Source: Candidatus Bathyarchaeota archaeon
GTDB lineage: Archaea; Thermoproteota; Bathyarchaeia; Bathyarchaeales; Bathycorpusculaceae
Assembly: GCA_963775465.1 (NCBI GenBank)
Contig: CAVZIW010000003.1
Location: 64,001-128,000 of the forward strand
Direction: 5' to 3'
Length of the DNA: 64,000 nucleotides
Each line of letters opens with the position of its first letter. The first letter of the stretch is position 1. The translations under genes and the position numbers were made by a program. The notes under the pieces are model-generated. The model did not search any database. It saw only the letters and a list, made by a program, of their open reading frames with translations, and had not been told where the DNA came from. Shown here one piece after another: positions 58,074-64,000 of the stretch.

Positions 58074-58691
58074 ATGTCCGCTAAAAATAAAACAAGGAAA
58101 TTCGTTTCAGTTGATCCGAGTAAATGTATCGGGTGCGGAATTTGTGAATATGCATGTACAGTAGAAAAAGGAGAAGGCATCTGGAATCCGATTCGCTCCA
58201 GGATTCGAGTCGTGCGTATGTCTCCAGTTTTCAATTTTGCCTTAACTTGTCGAGGATGCGATGACGCAAAATGCGTAAAAGCATGCCCTGAACGAGCCTT
58301 ATCGCAGTCAGAAACTACAGGTTTATTGATAATGGATGAATCCAGATGTAAAGGCTGCGACTGGTGTGTGCAAGCCTGCGATCACGGTGGAATCACTATT
58401 CACGCTGATACAGGCAAAGCCATAGCATGTAATCTGTGTGAAGGCGAACCAAAATGTGTCGATTCATGTCCAGAGGAAGCCCTGTCAATAGTTGATTCTG
58501 ATCAAGCTGCTGAAAAACTTTTCAACGATGCGTTAGCAAAGCTTCCAGTTCAAACAGAGCAATTGTTAGCAACGATAAAGAGCAAAGATTGGAGACCAAT
58601 GCTTGCAGTTGCCGAGAAACGCTCTGAGAAGATCACTGAAAAACTCGAAATTCTCAACAAGAAAGCAACAGCTAAAATCTGCAAAAAATAG
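58074..58691 (+). CDS. 4Fe-4S dicluster electron-transfer protein (HycB/DmsB-like)
   Basis: four ferredoxin-type Cys clusters. Confidence 0.9.
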   Translation: MSAKNKTRKFVSVDPSKCIGCGICEYACTVEKGEGIWNPIRSRIRVVRMSPVFNFALTCRGCDDAKCVKACPERALSQSETTGLLIMDESRCKGCDWCVQACDHGGITIHADTGKAIACNLCEGEPKCVDSCPEEALSIVDSDQAAEKLFNDALAKLPVQTEQLLATIKSKDWRPMLAVAEKRSEKITEKLEILNKKATAKICKK

Positions 58692-58710
58692 GAATGTTCT
58701 TCTTTTTTTT

Positions 58711-59559
58711 TTATCTATTTTCTTCATAGCCTCTCAGAAAGCTATCAATATCGCCGCCAACATTTTCGCCAACATAACCCCCTTCTAAGACAAAGAAGGA
58801 TTGTTTTTTGAGCTGTCCGATGAGTTTGCCTAGTTGGAAGTAGTCTTGTTCAAGTAAACCCAAAGATGCCAAATCACCCATATGCGTATCAAACCCCGCG
58901 GAAACCGCAACCGACTCAAACTTATCAGCATCAACCATACCCAACGCTTTCTCGAAGGTCTCTATGTAAATTTTTCCACCGCAATTAGGCGGCAAAGCAA
59001 AGTTAATGCAGTTCCCTTCTGTGAATGTTCCAGTTCCCGGGTAATTTGGAGATTGGTGAAGAGAAACATACGACACTTTCTTATAGCCTTGAAAGATTTC
59101 TTGAGTTCCGTTTCCATGATGACCATCAATATCTAGAATTAATGTTCTTTTACCTGACTCCTTTACTGCGACGGCCAGGTTGTTTAGGTAGCAAAATCCA
59201 CGCGTATAAACTCCAAGCGCAGCACCGTTTCTTCCAGCATGATGACCTGGTGGACGCATTATTGAAAAACCCCCAATTTTGCTGGCTAAAAGGGCACCGC
59301 CAACAGAAAGTCTTGCAAACTCAAAAATGTTATCGTACGCAGGTGTGTCAGGATCTTCAACTAAACCTTTTTTCAGGTTCCAAAGATACTCCATATCGTG
59401 AACTGACAATAATTCGTCTTCGGTTGCTGGTTGTGGCCTGACAATCTCGTAACCCTTCGATTCTAAGATGTCATGCGCGACCTTTACTCTCTGCGGTCCT
59501 TCTACATGCCATGTTCCATAGCCTAAACATTTCTCTGAGTAGACTATCTTAGTTTTCAT
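58711..59559 (-). CDS. histone deacetylase / acetylpolyamine amidohydrolase family protein
   Basis: RPPGHHA, GFC, DIDGHHGNGTQ and LEGGY motifs. Confidence 0.92.
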   Translation of the reverse strand: MKTKIVYSEKCLGYGTWHVEGPQRVKVAHDILESKGYEIVRPQPATEDELLSVHDMEYLWNLKKGLVEDPDTPAYDNIFEFARLSVGGALLASKIGGFSIMRPPGHHAGRNGAALGVYTRGFCYLNNLAVAVKESGKRTLILDIDGHHGNGTQEIFQGYKKVSYVSLHQSPNYPGTGTFTEGNCINFALPPNCGGKIYIETFEKALGMVDADKFESVAVSAGFDTHMGDLASLGLLEQDYFQLGKLIGQLKKQSFFVLEGGYVGENVGGDIDSFLRGYEENR

Positions 59560-59655
59560 CGATAAATGCATCCAGTACACAGATAAATGCGAGCACACAT
59601 TAAAAACGTAACCCAACCAAAGTTGCCTATTAAAATGGAAATCGGAGAGAAAAAT

Positions 59656-61605
59656 GTGGTTTCAGAGAATCCCTTTGACCTGTTTCGACAAGAATGCTAT
59701 ATAGCTTTAGCAAATGCACTTGCTAAAACCTTGCCGAATATCAAAAACCCCGTTATTGCTCTTAAGAAAACGCCCAACATAGAATTCGGGCAATTATCTT
59801 CCTCGTTATGTTTTGAGTTGTCAAAGAAACTCGGCCAAAAACCTCTTATATTGGCTCAGAAGGTTGTTGACGCGATTGACCATTCAAGCTTTAACTTAAT
59901 CGAAAAAGTTGCACCCGCTGGAGCAGGTTACATAAACTTTCACATAAACTTCCCTAAATTCTCAGAGCTAACTTTGAAATCAATAAAACAATTGGAAAAC
60001 GATTATGGTTTTATCAAAACCGCGGAACCAAAAAAAATCATCGTGGAACACACCAGCGTTAACCCATTACATCCAATCCACATTGGTCAAGCTCGAAACC
60101 CTATGCTTGGAGATGCATTGTCAAGAATTTTGGAACGCAGAGGACACATAGTTTCACGCCATTACTATATCGACGATGTTGGACGTCAATCTTCGGTTCT
60201 CGCTTACGGTTATGAGAAACTTGGAAAACCTACACCCACAGAGAAAGCAGACTTATTCGTTGGTAAAATTTACACAGTTACTTCTTGTATAGTGGAGATT
60301 AATCGCCTAAAAAAGATGCGTCAATCTGCAATTGAAAATCAATCGATCGAAGAATTAGCCAAAATCAACAAAGACATCGACGAATGGATGTCCATCGCTG
60401 GCGAACTAGAAGAGAAATACCCAGAGCTTTTTGAAGCATTAATAGTCAAAATCGCTGAAGACCAGAACCCCGAATCAGAAATTAGCCGCCTAAACCTTGC
60501 ATACGAGAACGGTGAGCCGAAAGCCAAAGACATTATCCGCGAAGTCAGTGACCTCTGCTTGGCGGGCTTTCGCGAAACCATGAAGCGTGTTTCAGTAACG
60601 TATGATTCGTGGGATTGGGAAAGCGACTTTGTGTGGAGTATGCAGGTCAATGATGTTTTGGAACGGTTGAAGACGTCGCCATTTATTTTCAACGAAAAAG
60701 GGGTGCTTCAATTTGACGCTGACAAAGCAGCCAAAATTCTAGACCTCAAAGACAAACTTGGATTAAGCAGCAACAATGAGGTCCCTCCTTTAACGCTTGT
60801 ACGCGCTGACGGAACAACTCTCTATACTACTCGAGACATTGCTTACACAATATGGAAATTTAAGCATGCCCAGAAAGTCATCAATGTGATTGGTATGGAG
60901 CAGTCGCTTGCACAACTCCAGCTCAAACTAGCAGTTTATGCTTTGGGTCACCCTGAAGCAGCTGACAATTTGGTGCATTTTGCTTACAACTTGGTAACTT
61001 TACCCGGTTACAAGATGAGCAGCCGACGAGGCCATTATATTACATTTGACGAGGTACTTGACGAAGCGGTCAGCCGGGCTTATGAAGAGGTTTCTAAACG
61101 TTCTCCCCTACTAGGAGAGGAAGAGAAACGCAAAATCGCAGATTTCGTTGGTTTGGGTGCTATCCGATATGCATTAGTGGATGTGGATTCTGGAAAGCCA
61201 GTCATGTTTACTTGGGAACGTGTGCTTAACTTCGAAACCAATAGTGCCCCATATGTTCAATATACCCACGCTCGAGCTTGCAGTATTTTACGCAAAGCAC
61301 CAAGAGAACTGGAAAATCCAGGGTTTGATTCGCTCACAGAAAGACTTGAACAAGAACTTGTTTTAAACCTCGCAAGTTTCCCTGATATGTTCATAGAAGC
61401 AACAGAGTACCTCAAGCCCAATATGATCGCCGACTACGTAAACACCTTAGCTGACAAATTCAACACCTTCTACAACGCATATCCCGTCCTAAAAGCTGAT
61501 ACACAACAACTAATCGACGCACGCATAGCTTTAACCCAGGCGGTTCAAATCGTAATGAATAATGCGCTTAGCCTGATTGGTGTTGTTGCACCAGAAAAAA
61601 TGTAG
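59656..61605 (+). CDS. argS: arginine--tRNA ligase
   Basis: EHTSVNP..PIHIG, KMSSRRG, YVQYTHARACS and C-terminal PEKM. Confidence 0.96.
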   Translation: MVSENPFDLFRQECYIALANALAKTLPNIKNPVIALKKTPNIEFGQLSSSLCFELSKKLGQKPLILAQKVVDAIDHSSFNLIEKVAPAGAGYINFHINFPKFSELTLKSIKQLENDYGFIKTAEPKKIIVEHTSVNPLHPIHIGQARNPMLGDALSRILERRGHIVSRHYYIDDVGRQSSVLAYGYEKLGKPTPTEKADLFVGKIYTVTSCIVEINRLKKMRQSAIENQSIEELAKINKDIDEWMSIAGELEEKYPELFEALIVKIAEDQNPESEISRLNLAYENGEPKAKDIIREVSDLCLAGFRETMKRVSVTYDSWDWESDFVWSMQVNDVLERLKTSPFIFNEKGVLQFDADKAAKILDLKDKLGLSSNNEVPPLTLVRADGTTLYTTRDIAYTIWKFKHAQKVINVIGMEQSLAQLQLKLAVYALGHPEAADNLVHFAYNLVTLPGYKMSSRRGHYITFDEVLDEAVSRAYEEVSKRSPLLGEEEKRKIADFVGLGAIRYALVDVDSGKPVMFTWERVLNFETNSAPYVQYTHARACSILRKAPRELENPGFDSLTERLEQELVLNLASFPDMFIEATEYLKPNMIADYVNTLADKFNTFYNAYPVLKADTQQLIDARIALTQAVQIVMNNALSLIGVVAPEKM

Positions 61606-61734
61606 ATCACTAATAAGATTGCTGAGTTCCAGAGGCATCTTTCTATAGGTAGCAATGAATATTTTTGCTATAATTTGCCATAACAAATTTCAAATACAAG
61701 CCTATTAACATAGAACGAAAGGTGCAAATTAACA

Positions 61735-62805
61735 ATGGGTAACGAATCATACTTCAAAAATAAACTTGAACCAATCAAGGTTACAAAACAAAAACCAATC
61801 TCACAACTTCTAAAAGAAATGGGAAAAACCGCCTACCAGGGACGCAAGCTCGGTGAAGCTGTCGATGTCTGGGAAAACATGATTAAAGAAAAAGACACGG
61901 TCATCGCCATGGGTTTCGCGGGTTCAATGAGCACAGCCGGTCAATGGACAATTATCAACTGGCTCATAGAAAACCGTTTCATAGACGTTCTAGTTTCCAC
62001 CGGTGCAAACGTCAGCGAAGACATTGTTGACGCCATGGGTTTGGGCTACTGGCAGGGAAACCACATGGCCGACGACCTAACGTTACTCAAAGATGATGTG
62101 AACAGGTATTATGACGTGTACGGGAAAGAAACCGATTACCGCAAAATGGAAGACCTAGTCACAGAATATGTCATGACTTGCAAGCAAGATTATAATTACA
62201 CTTCAGCTGAATTCCTATACGGACTCGGGAAATTCCTTGACAAGAAAAAAATTCCCGCCATCTCCGCAGTAGCAGCAGCAAATGGCGTTCCAATCTTCAG
62301 TCCAGCCATGGTTGACAGTGCATACGGCGAAACCTTCCTCTTGGCCAAAAACCAAGGTCACAATGTCCACATCGACAGCGTTAAAGAATTCGACCAATTC
62401 GTAACCATCGGCACCAAAACAAAAGAAGTCGGAGTAGTCTACATAGGTGGAGGGGTCCCAAAAGACCTAACCCAACTCATCGCAATATCGGTTTCACCCA
62501 TGACCGAAGACAGAGGAGTCAGCGGCAGAAAAGGCGGTCTACGTAAAAGCCTACAAGAATACTATTACCCCCACAAGTACGCCATCCAAATCACCACTGA
62601 CTCGCCCCAATGGGGCGGACTAAGCGGGTGCACATTGGAAGAAGCAATTAGCTGGGGCAAAATCAACAGCGAATCAGGAAAACGCGCCGTATGCTATTGT
62701 GACGCAACCATCGCGTTACCACTTATCGCTCACGCTCTTGCTGAACGTGTACCAGAAAAACGTAAAGGCCCAGACATGAGCTGGCTATTCAAAGGCGTCA
62801 AATAA
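61735..62805 (+). CDS. deoxyhypusine synthase-like protein (divergent paralog)
   Basis: STGAN, GGGVPKD, GGLSGCTLEEAISWGKI and DATIALP motifs. Confidence 0.88.
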   Translation: MGNESYFKNKLEPIKVTKQKPISQLLKEMGKTAYQGRKLGEAVDVWENMIKEKDTVIAMGFAGSMSTAGQWTIINWLIENRFIDVLVSTGANVSEDIVDAMGLGYWQGNHMADDLTLLKDDVNRYYDVYGKETDYRKMEDLVTEYVMTCKQDYNYTSAEFLYGLGKFLDKKKIPAISAVAAANGVPIFSPAMVDSAYGETFLLAKNQGHNVHIDSVKEFDQFVTIGTKTKEVGVVYIGGGVPKDLTQLIAISVSPMTEDRGVSGRKGGLRKSLQEYYYPHKYAIQITTDSPQWGGLSGCTLEEAISWGKINSESGKRAVCYCDATIALPLIAHALAERVPEKRKGPDMSWLFKGVK

Positions 62806-62951
62806 ACGCCCTACTTTTCTTATACGTTTATCTAACCTTTTAAATTCATAAGCAGTCAAGGGCTAAATCATTTTGCCTTGTTGGCTTAACCAGAAACCAA
62901 CAAACCCTAAATCACTCAAAAAAACTGCTATAAATTCTTGTCCAACATTTT

Positions 62952-63905
62952 TTACTTATTCTTTGTTCTATCTAAAAGCGAGCTAACCAATATCGGCATG
63001 ATAACGGTTGCGTCACCTTCTATCATTACATGCTTTGCTTTTTCACTAATCTTACCCCACGAAACAGCTTCTCTTGGGCGAGCACCACTAAGGCTACCAT
63101 CCCATTCATCAGCGGTTGAAATGTAGACCACATAATCTAAACCATCTTTGAATTGATTCCACCAAATCGTATGATGCTTAGATATCCCACCGCCGACGAT
63201 TAGGGCACCACTTTTCTTTGCGTCAAAAACAATGTTGTTCAAGTCATCTTCATCCTTGAGAAGGTTAATTCGGAAATCTTTATGATCCTGACTGAAGAAC
63301 CAGAGTTGGTATCCGACTGAACCATCAGTTATGCCTGGAACAAAAACTGGAATGTTATTTTTAGCTGCCCAATAAAGAATCGATGATTCATTACAGCAAC
63401 GTAAGCCAATTTCACGACAAAGTTCAGTGGTGGAAAATTCCTTTTTACCTTCCTTGTAGAGTTGCTCAAGCATCCCGATAATTTTCTGCTCGATAACTAT
63501 ACCGTAACTATCATTCGGCACAAGAACGTTGCCAAGACGGTTTAGTCCTTCTTTATGAAGTTTAGAATCATTCATTATGAAACTGCCTTTGTAGTAATCT
63601 TTCCAACAGCGAGCAACATCGTGGTCAAGAGTGCCGCAAGTGGTGATTACGATGTCAACAAGTTTGCGCTTCACCAACTCTTTAATAACGCCTCGAGTGC
63701 CTGTGGCACAGATATCAGCAGGAAAAGAAAGAAACTTTACACACCCCTTGCTGCTAATCATATCCTCCATGATCCTAACGCCTGTAGCGAGCTTGCCGGC
63801 AGTAAATCCCCATGCGGCCCCCATCTGCAAAACCAACTCGTTCACAGTCATTTTCTCAGTAAATTCGTAGTCTTTCACAGCTATTTTATGTACTTCTTTG
63901 GGCAA
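62952..63905 (-). CDS. dys: deoxyhypusine synthase (canonical archaeal type)
   Basis: RLGN, GGGISKHH and DGSLSGARPREAVSWGKI motifs. Confidence 0.93.
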   Translation of the reverse strand: MPKEVHKIAVKDYEFTEKMTVNELVLQMGAAWGFTAGKLATGVRIMEDMISSKGCVKFLSFPADICATGTRGVIKELVKRKLVDIVITTCGTLDHDVARCWKDYYKGSFIMNDSKLHKEGLNRLGNVLVPNDSYGIVIEQKIIGMLEQLYKEGKKEFSTTELCREIGLRCCNESSILYWAAKNNIPVFVPGITDGSVGYQLWFFSQDHKDFRINLLKDEDDLNNIVFDAKKSGALIVGGGISKHHTIWWNQFKDGLDYVVYISTADEWDGSLSGARPREAVSWGKISEKAKHVMIEGDATVIMPILVSSLLDRTKNK

Positions 63906-64000
63906 GAAAATCTCTCCTACATACCTGTTTAAGAAGCATCAAAATAAATAGATGCCGTTATCGAAATAAATTAACTGATGATGTGACGACAAACATAAAG

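Noticed and set aside
63975-64000. TGATGA-like box C at the window end
   Set aside because: Truncated by the window edge; no D box can be evaluated
1-64000. CRISPR arrays, rRNA genes, IS elements
   Set aside because: No regularly spaced repeats, rRNA-like segments or transposase ORFs seen

Overview
This is a gene-dense archaeal core-genome window, most consistent with TACK archaea, probably Bathyarchaeia. That placement is inferred from gene content and order, not from a search. It holds translation and RNA-modification genes (aIF5A, SRP54, Pus10, L21e, RpoF, KsgA, HemK2, L10e, Dph2, METTL5, Csl4, RpoL, TFS, L44e, S27e, aIF2-alpha, Nop10, TYW1, Trm5, Trm112, ArgRS) and a replication cluster (GINS15, PriS, PriL, PCNA, MCM, GINS23, RFC). 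It also has nucleotide-sugar genes, guaA, cysK/cysE, tRNA-Leu(GAG) and two deoxyhypusine-synthase paralogs. The least explained part is a ~8 kb cassette at 35-43 kb: two paralogous secreted, membrane-anchored beta-propeller proteins flank two internally duplicated Lrp/AsnC regulators and share a perfectly identical 116-bp anchor-coding segment. Other notable items are a probable box C/D sRNA, several genes that appear to need non-canonical start codons (MCM from CTG), a full-length but catalytically degenerate UDP-sugar dehydrogenase, and a Dpm1/GT-C pair inserted into the primase operon near an archaeosortase. I saw no CRISPR array, rRNA, transposase, integrase or intein.
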